DNA from: the human T2T-CHM13v2.0 reference genome, Homo sapiens
DNA: 64,000 nucleotides
Reading direction: 5' to 3' (one strand)
Assembly: GCF_009914755.1 (NCBI RefSeq)
Contig: NC_060931.1
Part shown: piece after piece, positions 13,905 through 26,058 of the stretch
How positions within the stretch are numbered: the stretch's first letter is position 1
Layout: every line of letters starts with the position of its first letter
Program-made: the position numbers and the translations under genes
Notes under the pieces: model-generated
The model's input: only the letters and a program-made list of their open reading frames with translations
What the model was told of the DNA's origin: nothing
Databases searched by the model: none

Positions 13905-14185
13905 GGCTGGGCATGGTGGCCACTGTAAGCCCAGCACTTTGGGAGGCTGAGGTGGGAGGATTGCTTGAGCCAAGGAGTTCAAGCCTAGGCAACAAAGCAA
14001 GACCTTATCTCTCAAAAAAAAAAAAAAAAAAAAAATTAGCCAGTCATGGTGGTGTGTGCCTGTAGTCCCAGCGCTTGAGGGGAGAGGATCCCTTGAGCCC
14101 AGGAGGTTGAGTTTGCAGTGAGCTATGATTACACTACTGCACTACACCTGGGTGACAGAGCAAGATCCTATTAAAAAAAAAAAAA
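13905..14185 (+). mobile_element. AluJ with small internal deletions
   Basis: ggaggattgcttgagcc and gcagtgagctatgat J-type diagnostics; both arms and A tail present. Confidence 0.92.
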
Positions 14186-14545
14186 GTAAATGTCTATAGG
14201 TATTGAAATACAAAGGTAGCCCCATTATCATAGAACTTGATAATCATGGGTTCTCATTTCTTAACCCCCATATTGGTTTAAGTTTTTTTGTTCATGTAAT
14301 GCTATAAGCATGTTTTGAGTGAAGTGCATATTTTAAATGAAATCAAATGCCTGAAGTTTTTGAATATTATGTCTGCTGAGTGTTTTCTCCCTAGCTTTTG
14401 AAGGGGATAGCATTAACTTATGTTTGTGGATTCCCTGTTAATTAGCCCTTAGAACCATTTAGCTCCTAGATTTTAGTTTCGTTTAACTAGGCCTCGGTTT
14501 TTGAAGTCAACACATAATTATTCCTAATTGAAATAATGAAAAAGT

Positions 14546-14707
14546 ATTAACCAGGCATGGTGATGCATGCCTATGTCTCAGCTACTCTGAAATCACGTGA
14601 GAAGATTGCTTGAGCCTAGGAGTTTGAGGCTTTAGTAAACTATGATTATGCTATTGCATGGCAGTCTGGATGACAGAGCAAGACCCCACCTGTAAAAAAA
14701 AAAAAAA
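14546..14707 (+). mobile_element. FRAM / Alu right monomer, diverged
   Basis: ccaggcatggtgatgcatgcct...gacagagcaagacccc followed by an A tail. Confidence 0.85.
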
Positions 14708-15487
14708 GGAAAACGTAAAAAATTTTAGTTCATCTAGGGTTTTGAATTTAAAATAACTAAACTTGGGTTCCAAAGGGTCCCTTCTGCTTATAAGCAAGTA
14801 CCATTGAGAATTTCCTTCAGACATAGCCAAAATAAGACAACAGTCCCTGCTTCATTACAAAAAACAGATTGTTACAGCTTCAGGTGAAATAACTAATGTT
14901 AGCTGATTGATTCTTAAATAGACTGTCCCTGCCATCTGGAGAGAAAACATTAGTTGGGGGGAACACATTGTTTACTGAAGATATTCCTAGGTTCGAATTA
15001 AATGACAAACACAGGCGTAATTCATTGTACCTAATGAAGGCTCTGTATTTCATGTGAGTGTTGTTATCAAGCTTCGTTTCTCATATTAAAATGTCAGATT
15101 TGGCTTTATAAAAAGAATATAGCAAATAGCCCAGCATATTCCACCACCTTCTTGTTCATTATTTCCATATCTTATTTGGCAGTTAGGAATCATTGAATCA
15201 TTGAATATGAATGGTTTGTTTAGCAGCCTACAGAGTGATATTCATATGATGAAAATTTCCATTCTAACTTTTCATATTTAATTTATATATATTTATTATA
15301 TATATTTATTTTTTCTTTAAGAAACAAAGCAGACTAATGATTTTTATGTTCTGTTTTATGATGTTTATAGCTGATGTTAGTTCGGCAATACAGAACTCAA
15401 TTATCTTAGTTCAGAATACAGAATTCTAAGTAGTCCTTCAATCATTTAGTTCTAATTTATGTATTAATATTATATTATAATCATAAT

Positions 15488-15730
15488 GACTACTGTATAT
15501 TGAGTGCTATTATGTTATCATAATGCTAGGAACTTTATATTTACTGTTTCTAAATATTGAAGCTATACTGAAAGGCAGATGTTAATATCCCCATTTATAA
15601 CATGAGAGAATTGTGACTCAGAAAGGCTAAGTAACGTATCCAAGTTGTACAGTCCTGCATAATAAGTGGCAGAGACAAAATTCATATCAAATTCTGTCTT
15701 AATCCAGGCCTCTTATCCATACAATAAGCC
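15488..15730 (-). mobile_element. MIR
   Basis: tatccccattttataacatgagagaattgtgactcagaaaggctaagtaacgtatccaagttgtacag core. Confidence 0.8.
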
Positions 15731-15749
15731 ACATTATTTGAAATGTTAT

Positions 15750-16100
15750 TGTCTTAGTCTGTTTTGTGTTGCTGTAATAGAATACCACAGACTGGGCAAT
15801 TTATAAAGAAAAGAAATTTATTTACAGTTCTGGAGGCTGGGAAATCCAAGAGCATGGTAAGGGCATCTTGTGTGGCCTTCTTATTTCATCATCCCGTGGT
15901 GGAAGGCAGAAGGGCAAGAGAGCATGAGAAAGCAAGAGATGGCTAGATTTGCTTTTATAACAAACCCATTTATGATAATGACATTAATCCATTCCTGAAG
16001 GACCTAATCACCTCCTAAAGGTCTCACTTCTCAACACTGTTGCATTGGGAATTAAGTTTCCAACATATGAACTTTGATGGCAAACTATACCAGTTATATA
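15750..16100 (-). mobile_element. MST-type MaLR solo LTR
   Basis: tgtcttagtctgttttgtgttgctgtaatagaataccacagactgggcaatttataaagaaaag...cctaatcacctcctaaagg...aagtttccaacatatgaactttg. Confidence 0.88.
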
Positions 16101-16959
16101 GTTCTGTTTCATAAAAAAGAGATGCCATTATTCTCATGAATCAAATTTAAATTAATATCTGAAGCCAAAGTTTCCACATTTTCCAGAATATATCTCTCTG
16201 ATCTAGAAAGTATATGATCATAAGGCCCTTCCTTCAAAAGGCTTAGACCATGTAGGATCTCTTTAAAGCTGAAAAGACAGCCTTCAACTCGATGACAATG
16301 TAAGGTGGAACTTCTTTTTATTAGAGCTTTGATGTTCTCAGAGTGTCTCATCAATGTGTTCTGTAGAAAAACTGTAATAGAAGCCAGTATGGCCGTTAGA
16401 CAGAACCAGGGAGACCCTTAAGAGCATAGAAACAATTGTTAAAATTATTTTCAGTAAACATAGTTTCAGTATAGAAATGGAAATGTTTTAAGTAAATTCT
16501 CTGGAATCTTGAATATCTAATTCCTGTGTTTAATTATAGGAAAATAAAGCATAATATAATTTATAATCTCCATGTTTTATATTGATAATATGAAACATGT
16601 TTGGGTATAATTTCGTCCAGAAAAAATATTAGATTTGGGAAGGGTGGTAGGTAGAATGGGGAATGATAATGCAGAAGATGGTCAAAATTGTGTGCCTGAC
16701 ATTTATTTGTGAAAATAAGTATGAATGGAAGTGTTTAGTTATCAAATGTTTTATCTACATTTCTGTAGATTCATATGTATCTATTCAACCAACATGTGGC
16801 TTTGCCAAGGAGATCATCTTTGGAGAGTGTTTTGGGGGATGAAAAGGATTTACTGCTTTTAGCTCCAGAGAATATGGTGCACCAGCAAGGGCTTCTATCT
16901 CCCTTCTGTGAGCTCACCAAATGCAGAGACTTTTATATTGGATATAAGGAAAAAGATAC

Positions 16960-17155
16960 AGAAGTAGGCTGCTTATAAAAGAGAGTGATGCCTAAAATAA
17001 AGGCATTGAAAAGTTGAAAATAAAGGGAAAGAAAAATATCTACCAGGCAAATGTGAATAAAAAGAAAGTCTGTTGTAGTAATCTTGAGGCAAAAGTCATC
17101 ATAAGGGACAAAGAAGGACATTATATACTGGTAAAATGAAAAAGAATTTCCCAAA
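16960..17155 (+). mobile_element. L1 ORF2 endonuclease-domain remnant
   Basis: agggacaaagaaggacattatatactggtaaaa translates RDKEGHYILVK, matching L1 ORF2 RDKEGHYIMVK. Confidence 0.75.
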
Positions 17156-18961
17156 TGAAAAAGAGTGAATACAAGAACATCATGTTCAGAGACATGGAAA
17201 AATGAAAAATTTGGGTAATATCCAGGAATTGTGTCTGTTGCATGATGTTTGCAAAAGAAAGTTAGGGGTTGAACTCCTAGGTCAGGTGGTTGTCAAAACT
17301 TGAATGGCCTTAGAGTGTGTTTGCCTCTGTTCTTGGCACTGAAATAAGAGAAGTCCTGAAGTAGAGAAGATTCCATAACCATAGGATGTATAATATAAAC
17401 TTAGTGATATGGCCAGTTGTAAATGTTTGTATTTAGTTATATGCCATTGCTATAAATACTTTTGATCTGTTGAAACATAAGTAAAATATGTTTTAGGTAC
17501 TTGCTATTTCTTAAATTCAATAGTTCACACCCAATTAGATCGAATTATGAAGTCAGAATTGAATTGCAACATTAACCAAAAGTTGTTGCTATTTTCAGAG
17601 GCTAGCTTTCTAGAATCCTCTTGATTTAAATTGGTTATAGATCATGGTGTGGTATGCCACGTATCAACTTGACTTTTGTAGCAAGAAATGATGTAAAAAG
17701 CTCTGGGTTGACTTTTGGTATCTGCTACAATTATGTTAGCAAGTAGTAACTTAGTCTTGTCACAGCTCTCAAATGTGGTATATATTCAGATGCTACACAT
17801 GACAGAATTTTTGGTGTTCAGAATTTCCAAGTTGATAAATATTAAATGTGCAGCTACATAAGAAGCAGACTTATTTTGTGGAATAAAATAAACTTTTGAT
17901 TCATACCAAGTAGTGAAGATCAGAATGCTAATCCTTAACTGGACTTCTAGAATTTTTTTATTTTCATAGTCCTGTAGCTAAAAATAGTCTTTTCTTGAAA
18001 CAGAGCTTTCCATTAAGTTTCTGATCCTGTGAACACCTTGTATGTACATAGCTTAGTCAACATAGGATGGGTTAGTCAGTGTTAACTTGCATTTCAAAGT
18101 AGACACTGTTAAATAAAGAAAATAGTGCTTCATTATTCAGCATGAACCATTACGTGTCACTTAAAGGAAAAGCAAGGTTTTCTAGTTGATATGTACTGAT
18201 ACATTCAGGCATATGTAGTACATATACTAATGCAAAATGATGTTAAGTTGCTTAGTTATCTTATATGAAACATTAGTTTTAGGGTCACAGAAATGCTGTT
18301 TATACGAAGTATAAAAATTGTGTTATAAGTTTCTGTAGTGACCTTTGAAGGGAGGCAAAGTTGGGTCTGAAGCTGTAATATATTTCTTCTAGAATTTTGA
18401 GCGCAAATGGTGTATTCAGTGAAATTCATGAGTTAAAGATAGAGCATGAAGACATTAGCCAATGCAGCTTATAACCAGAGTTTTCTGGAAGCTCTGTCAT
18501 GACTACAAGGTTACTAGTAGTACAAGGTTCATTACTGTAAAGCAGAGTTACAAACACATTTTTATATTTTCTTAGTGCTGATATCTGCTATAAATGCCTC
18601 ACAAGAAAGATATTTTAATACTTTGTTCATTCAAATTGTACTAGATAATGATGGTCACATTGAGATCATTTATGCTACAGTCTGATGCCAAGTCTTTTTC
18701 ACTGGTTGGTCTATGTTGTGGGACAAGAACAAGGCAAAGGAAATGCAAAAAGTGAAAGTGCAATTAAACTGCACTTGCTTTCAATGAGATTCTTTATTCA
18801 GTTATATACTTAGCTTTTAATTATGGTTTATTTTTGTTATTAAATTAATATTTTAATAAGAAACTATATAAAATGAATAACAATGAAATATTAGAGGTTG
18901 AATAGTATGTTAGTGATTTACTCAAGATCAGTAGTCACTTAATAGGTTCATCTGAAGAAGG

Positions 18962-19545
18962 AATCATTTATTCATTGCAGAAATATTTATTGAGTGACAT
19001 ACTATGTGCCAGACATTATGCTAAGCTCTGGTAATACAGGAGAAAGCAAAATGAACTATTTTTTCAAGTTGATGCATGAAACTTTTTATAACTCTGAGTA
19101 AATAATTCAACATTTAATCAATTATATAACTTTCTTTAGAATTTATACAGTTTCTTAGAAAAACAAATGAGTAACAGCTTTTCAACATTTTAATAATCAT
19201 GAATTAAAGGTCCATAGGAGGATATTTTTAATAATCAGTTATAGTAATATTAGCTAGTATTTATTGAATACCTATTTGCCAGGTATTGTATAATTCTCTA
19301 TCATCCTTATAACAATCCTGAGAAATTTATTATTTTGAATCCATGCTTATAAATTAAAATTTAGGGAAGACTTGAAGAAAATTTAGTTACAGAGTTTCTT
19401 ATCAAACTGTATAGTAATCACCTTGATTGTATTGCTTCTAAAACTGAAAATTCCATGAAAGTAGGGCCTGTCTCATTCTTGTATACATTTATATCTTCAG
19501 GGCTTGCACTGTGGCTGTGAAATAGTTGATATTCAATATATGAAA
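18962..19545. mobile_element. Cluster of L2 3' ends (18962-19060 minus; ~19430-19545 plus) and a MIR fragment (~19240-19395)
   Basis: tcatttattcatt...aaatatttattgagtg..actatgtgccagac; ttccatgaaagtagggcctgtctcattc. Confidence 0.55.
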
Positions 19546-20021
19546 TAACTCACTTTCATAGAAAAAATAAACTTCCCTTGATTCTATCAAAAGACTATTA
19601 AGTTTTCCTTATCTCTAATTACAGGACTGCACAGGGCCATATTGATTTCTCCTCCTGTGCTGGCTGCCTTGAGTGCTGCAGAGAGGGGCTGATGTGCAAC
19701 TGGAAAACACTCAGAAAAAAATAGAACCTGGAACAAAATGGCTGAGCAGGGAAAAGCTGTGCACACATGCCCATCATCTTAAGAGTACAATGCTGCTCTC
19801 ATTCGCAAGCTAGAGGATCCCTTTCTTAGCAATCCACCTTAGTCTTTCATACTCCGAATATTGATAGCCTTGTTCTTACCTAGCCTTACCTAGTCTAATT
19901 ATTTTCATTTTTAAAAATTGTTCTCTAAAAATGTTGGCTAATTTGAAATCACACCAAAAGATACTTTATTCTTTTATATTTTTGCTGTGTAACTCCTGCT
20001 TTTGAAAGGATGATCTCATCT

Positions 20022-20165
20022 TATGGTTCTCAAACTTTATTGTGCATCAGAATTACTTGGAGGGCTGATTAAAATACAGATTCCTTCCAGAGATTCTGAC
20101 TTACTCGTTCTGGGGTAGGAACCAATAAATTGCACTTCTAGCAAGTTCCCAGGTGATTTTGATCC
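20022..20165. mobile_element. MER5A (hAT-Charlie)
   Basis: tggttctcaaacttt...gcatcagaattacttggagggct...ttctagcaagttcccaggtgatt. Confidence 0.82.
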
Positions 20166-20673
20166 TCTGTAATCCTCTAAAAATAGAATAAATCTTGGCT
20201 CAACACATCCCATTTGAAGGGAAGAGTTATTTTCAATCACTGCAAGGCCAATGATTCTAAAGTTTTTGTTGTCGTTGATTTGTTTTGCTTTCAAATATAA
20301 CAGTCTCCCTGAAATTTCAATGCCAACGTGATTTCTCAGACCCTTTACCTGCTGTAAAATCTTGCGTCAGATGAGGAAGATTTTCTCAGAAGACCATTTG
20401 TTATCTAATTAGGCTTTCTAAGTGGGGAGAAATCACTTGTTAATTGAGTATCCCTTATTCACATAGAATTGATGATGTTCCTCTAAGAAATAGAAAATTC
20501 AGATAAATAAGGTCTTGAGTTGGAACAAAAATTAGTACACTGTACTTTCCCCTCCATCCTATTCCTTGGAGGTCTAAGGGAATCAAGCTCACTGACTGCA
20601 GGCAAATGCATATAGTTTTATTGCTTTAACAATAGTTTGAGGAATGTGAGGTTGGGAGAAGAGGTAACATCAA

Positions 20674-20707
20674 TGAGTGAGTGAGTGAGTGAGTGAGTGA
20701 GTGAGTG
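20674..20707 (+). repeat. (TGAG)8 tetranucleotide microsatellite
   Basis: Perfect tgag array. Confidence 0.95.
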
Positions 20708-20953
20708 GAGGAGCAGCAGTTATTGGTGAGTAATTTGCAGCATACTACAATTGTAGAGCACAAATTCGGTATTTGAGGTAATTAAGTTTTAAATCTTACT
20801 TCATTTACATTCCAGAATCATAGGGTTTGTTAATACATGAAAAGTCTCTGCTTGATTACAGATGAACTGATGATATATCATTGTGGTAGAATAAATTGGG
20901 TTACATTACCTCCTTTGCTTGTTTCCAGTTATCAACTGAGATTGATTTTAGAA

Positions 20954-22144
20954 GAAAGCCTATTATAATCCAGAAAAATACAACTTGAACTCCATAATCT
21001 CAAGTGTTGAAATCCCAAAAGATGAAAATATAATTCTGAAAGAAATAATAAAACATTCTTTATATTTATTTACATTTTAAAAGGGGGTTTATTTGAGAAA
21101 AATTAAAACAAAACAATACACTGTACACGATAAAATAAATAATGGCACATATTTTTACAAGCAAAAACACTCAGGTATACTAGCAACAGTCACACCAGTA
21201 TAACAGTTATGATGCAGACAAACCGTATTTATAAAGAAATAGGTCAAAAATGGAAATGTATAAATGCATATCACTGTGGTTGATAATTGTGTGCACCCAG
21301 CTTTATATAACTGTAGTCATCTTAAATTTCCGGATGAAGAAGCTAAGCTTTTTGGCAAGATGGATCAAAAAATTCAGTGGGTCAACAACACGCATATAGT
21401 TACCCAAAGAACCGAGATCCTGATAAATTTTCTTTCACAAGCGCAGATGTACAAAATCTTTCTTTCATTTATTGAAGAAATTTCGACATGTTTGGGTTCA
21501 GAAGTACTGCTTATATGCAAAGTCAACGTTGTGATAATGCAGTTCTCGTGGAATCAAATTTCTGATGTCCAAGGCATTCGAAGAGAAGCCTGCCCTAGTT
21601 CTCAGACAGAAACCAGTTCACCTCCTGTGTCTGTTCTATATGGGTCCCCGGCAGATCGGATGGTGCCTGCTAACATTGAGGGGAGATCTTCTTCACCTAA
21701 TCCACTCAAACTCACACTAATGTCATCTGGAAGCACCCTCACAGACACACCCAAAAAATGCTTTAATAGGTTTCTAAGTATTTAATCCAGTGACATCTCA
21801 AATTGAATCCACAGGTCCACCCCTTGTCAACTTGGCTCCCGTAAGTCTCTCCTTAACCATACTTAATTTCCAAGTAAAGACTGTAACAGCCGCCTAACAT
21901 GATGCAACTAACATGATGCAATAATCCTGCATACGACCAAAAACTAATCGCTTCACCAGAATGCAGCTTTCAAGATTTCATATTTGAGATTTTAATATTT
22001 CGAGATTGTTATTTTCAGGATTGTAGACGTGAGAGATTTTAGACCTAAGGGATTTAGACCTTAGGGATTTTGTATCTTTTCAGATTTCAACATTCAGGAT
22101 TATGGCATGTGGGATTGTGTCTTTCAGGATTGTGATCTAAATCC
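20954..22144. mobile_element. Ricksha (MULE/MuDR) non-autonomous DNA transposon containing an MLT2/ERVL fragment
   Basis: ~70-bp degenerate TIRs built from aatccc/gggatt units; 9-bp TSD ATTTTAGAA at 20945-20953 and 22145-22153; MLT2-like cctcacagacacaccc...aatccagt and ERVL-like ccccttgtcaacttgg at ~21590-21900. Confidence 0.85.
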
Positions 22145-23424
22145 ATTTTAGAAAAGGTCATTGTGAGCTAGAGGTCTGAGGATATTTCTGGAAATATTTT
22201 GGTGCCATACAGGTTTTTTAATACTTTTTTTTTGCTTATATGTCTGCATAGAAAGAAATTGGATTATGGTAACTTTGAAATAACATTTTACATTAGGATT
22301 TAATTCCCACTTTCATTTACTATTAAATTGAGAACCTGAGATTTTTTTGGCCCTTGTTACTTTTTTTACCTTTTTCTTTGACCTATGTGTATATAACATA
22401 TAATATTTGGATTAGTTTGCAATAAATGCTTACTTAATTGAATTTGAATTTGTTACATTGAAACTTTTTAAACTACCCATCTACCTAGCCTGACATTTGT
22501 ATTAGCTTGTTATAGTTCTTGTAATAGAACATATATCTTTTTCCCCCACATTAGTAAACTGTAGTTTTATAAATACCCCAAAAGAAACTGAGTCACATTT
22601 CTTTACTAACATTACTGAGATGATGTGGGAAGAATTAACTCAACATTCTTAATAATGGAAATATGGTAATCAATATAGTTGATGGTTGTTTTGATGATAC
22701 TTATTTTTCTTCTGAGAAACAAGTGGGGTTTTTTGTAAGTATCCAATGTCTTTTCACTCTAAAATATTTTTTCATTATCAAGAGTTAAATAAAAGAGAAG
22801 ATGGCTGATGGAAAAACATACTGCAAGAATGCAGGGATGAAACGTAAATAAACCTCATGTTAAATAATGGTCAAAATGAAGAAGACACATTATTTACAGT
22901 ATTTTATGTGGAATGCCCTTTCCTGGATCCTTTAAGAACTAGGATAATTACTAACTCAGTCTTCTGGAGTTTTATTCTATTTTTTATTTTTTATTATAAA
23001 AGCTGAGAGATCTTTTTTTATCAATTGTTGTTTGAAGGTGTAATTTAAACTTAAAAAGACAAAAGATGCATAGGCATATTGTATCAATATGGTGATTTTG
23101 TTATCTCTTTTGTATATTCATCATAAATTTTTGTATTCTGTTAAAAATCACTCTGAAACAGACAGTGGGTCCATTTTTCATCAGTAGATCATATTAAATT
23201 TTATTTGGAATATCTCAGATAATGATTTGTATCATTTTGGTAAGGGACAAGATGGTGAGACTGGATAATATAAATGCTAGACCTATATGGTTAGTTATTA
23301 ATTACCTGTATTTCCTTAAGCTACTGTCTTTAAAGCCTGACTCCAATAGTGAGTCCTTTTGTAATCAAGCCTCCTTCGTTTCCTCATGAGTGAATTTCAA
23401 TGATTGTTTTTCTTAATATAAGAA

Positions 23425-23592
23425 GTTCTTGTTCTGATCTCACCACAAAAAAAATGGTAACTAGCTGAGATGATAGATTTGTAGCTTGATTATGGTAATT
23501 ATTTCACAAGGTATAGGTGTATCAAATCATCAAATTGTACACCTGAAATATAAAGAATCTTGATTTGTCAAATATACCGCAATTTAAAAAAT
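23425..23592 (+). mobile_element. L1MA/MB 3' end
   Basis: ctcaccacaaaaaaaatggtaact...gcttgattatggtaattatttcacaa...aaattgtacacctgaaatat. Confidence 0.82.
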
Positions 23593-25389
23593 GTTCTTTA
23601 CATAAATGTTTTGTAGAATAAAAAAAAAAAAAGTTCTTCAAAAGAAATCTCAAATCTCCAAATGGAAACAGGTAAAAGTGGAGCTCCCCTGGTTCCACGG
23701 AGAACCTTTTTTGAGGAAACTTAGGCAACTCGCAGGTACCTTATGTCATGAGACAGAGTTTGAAAACTACAATTGACTATCTCTAAATTTCCTCCCAGGT
23801 CTAAAATGTGATGATAGTTACTACTTCAGTACATCATCCTTAAGGAAAATTATTAGGTCCACACTGTTTCTATCCTTTGAATTTTACACATAAATTTTGT
23901 AATCAAAAGTTTATTTGTAATATCAGATGGAATCAGATAATTGCTTTTTGTTTTTTCCACTGACAGGAACATAAGATTTTGTTGTGTAGCTTAAGTCAAA
24001 CGCAGTTTGGAATATATATTTTTTAAAAATTGTAACTTACATATCCAAATACAATTTTTCAAGAAGTAGAGTATTCAGTAGAAATTAATCTGTGAAAGAA
24101 GAGGAATTCAGCAGTGGCCTATTTGATGAATGATTTAACGTGCTTATTTCTTCCCTTTCATCAAAACTCTGTGTCCCCTTGTTTGCCCCCTCTGACTTCA
24201 TACTCTGGAGTTGACCAAGATCCCTCTTCCATCGGATTGTTCTGGGAATTTTGAAATAATCTGCTTTTTCCTCTCTTTCCCCTGTTGCTTCTGATGCCTT
24301 AGAATTACATTTTCCTCGCTGATTTAGTTTAGAAAAGAGAAAAGAGCTTCCATGACTAGTAGATTATCACTTTTGGGTTTGCTCTTGGAAGTGACAAGAT
24401 GCTAGGATCCCTCTTTGGAATGTAAAATTTATCTCTTATATAGAAAGGATATAAATGTAGCACCAGAGACTATAAAACTCTGATACTATCTACTGTACTG
24501 TATAGCTGAACGCCACAATGTGTCTGGTAATCTATTGACTATCATAAATGCTATTTCTACAGAAAAGTTAGGAGGTCCATATTTCGGGCAACCAATGTAT
24601 AGCTGAATGCAGAACAGTCATAGTTGGGTACTAACCATATATATGATTTATCCATCAACAGGTGCATATGCTCAGAAATTCTGTATCCATAAGAAATCAG
24701 ACTACTTTCTTTTCCTTTTGCAAGTAAATTGAATTTAGCCTGAGAGGCTGAGGGGAAATTTTCACATATAAGCCACGGTTTTGTGTTTTGTGTTTTGTTT
24801 TGTTTATAGATATAGTACTAACTGGATGGATGCGATAAAATTCATAGGTGGTACTAAGATACAATAGGATTTGTGAAATGGACAATTGTCTTGCATAAAT
24901 AGCAAGTAAAAAATCAAGCCTGTCCTTCATAAAAATTTTATTCTGGGGTGTGCTTGTTTTCCAAAAGTACCTCTGCTAAATCTCCTGTTAGTCCTGAAAC
25001 TAGAAGGCAGAAAAGCTTCTAGTGCTACAGCCAACTGCAGTGTAGCCTGAGAAACAGGCAACAAAAATAGAACACCAGGATTGCTGTGCGTGGGTGAGGC
25101 AGAAACCACATTATGAGCAAAAGCTTCCAGTATTATTTTAGAACCAATACAGAGCTCTGTACTTCTCTCCTCTCTCTTCCAAAAACACATACTACAAAAA
25201 TAAAATGAAATGAAATGTATGTGCATTTGCCCTCTTAGAATTATGATTCTTAATTTTTTTTCTTGCCTTCCTTTCTTTGGAAGCGAATCGCCAGTATGGA
25301 AACACAGTGTGTAAAGCAAGCTTCGAGAGAGGAAAGAGTTAATTGGTTTTAAGGCCCTGCGATAGAGAATTATGGTTGGAAAGATAGAG

Positions 25390-25590
25390 GCTGGACAGCT
25401 GGGTTTGCTGGGGTATTTTTAAATGCATTAATGCAGGCTCCAATCACTCGGCCATGCTTGACCTATTTTTGGCTCAGGCCGACCATTGTTCTATTTCTGT
25501 GCCTGTGGGCCATGCTGTTGTTGATTCATATGCAAATGGATTATCACTCGCTTTAGCCAACTTGAGCTGAGAGAGACTGAGAAAGGGGGA
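25390..25590 (+). promoter_or_regulatory. HDAC9: HDAC9 proximal promoter
   Basis: E-box CAGCTG 25396-25401; MEF2-like GTATTTTTAA 25413-25422; palindrome TGCATTAATGCA 25424-25435; CCAAT 25440-25444; MEF2 site CTATTTTTGG (=CCAAAAATAG) 25463-25472; octamer ATGCAAAT 25530-25537. HDAC9 is an established MEF2 target. Confidence 0.8.
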
Positions 25591-25694
25591 AGAGAGGCAC
25601 AGACACAGATAGGAGAAGGGCACCGGCTGGAGCCACTTGCAGGACTGAGGGTTTTTGCAACAAAACCCTAGCAGCCTGAAGAACTCTAAGCCAG
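25586..25694 (+). other. HDAC9: HDAC9 non-coding first exon (5' UTR); TSS position approximate
   Basis: Ends ...gaagaactctaagccag|gtttaa. The junction ctctaagccag-atggggtggctgg matches the HDAC9 mRNA 5' UTR as I recall it. Lies directly downstream of the promoter motif cluster. Confidence 0.8.
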
Positions 25695-26058
25695 GTTTAA
25701 TTGGTTTCTTTTTCTCGTGGGTAGACTTAATAATTTTCTACGTATTCTGACAAAGAAATAACCCCGAAGCACGTTCCTATTTCCCACCTGCTTGTAGTTT
25801 CCGGGATAACCTAAACTCCAGAGAGCTATAGCATCCACTCTGTCCTTTCTGCTTTGCACACAGGTTGGTAACATGGGAAAAGTGTCCAGGTCTTTTTAAA
25901 AGTGGATGCCCATTTGAGCAGAAAGGAAATCATTGTCGAAGTTGATCCTCTGCTGCTTCTCCTCAGGGAGGAGGGAGAACCAGCGAGGGTAGCTCCTGGG
26001 GCCGGTGCACTGAGCAGTGATGAATGTTTCATGTAGCTGAAGTAAGAGTGACTGGAAT

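Noticed and set aside
21264-21785. Longest ORF in the track (173 aa)
   Set aside because: Lies inside the Ricksha element and crosses into LTR sequence; no recognisable domain or splice context.
23692-23712. Hairpin GGTTC...GAACC followed by a T run, resembling a Pol III small-RNA end
   Set aside because: Stem is only 5 bp, with no A/B box and no match to any small RNA I recognise.
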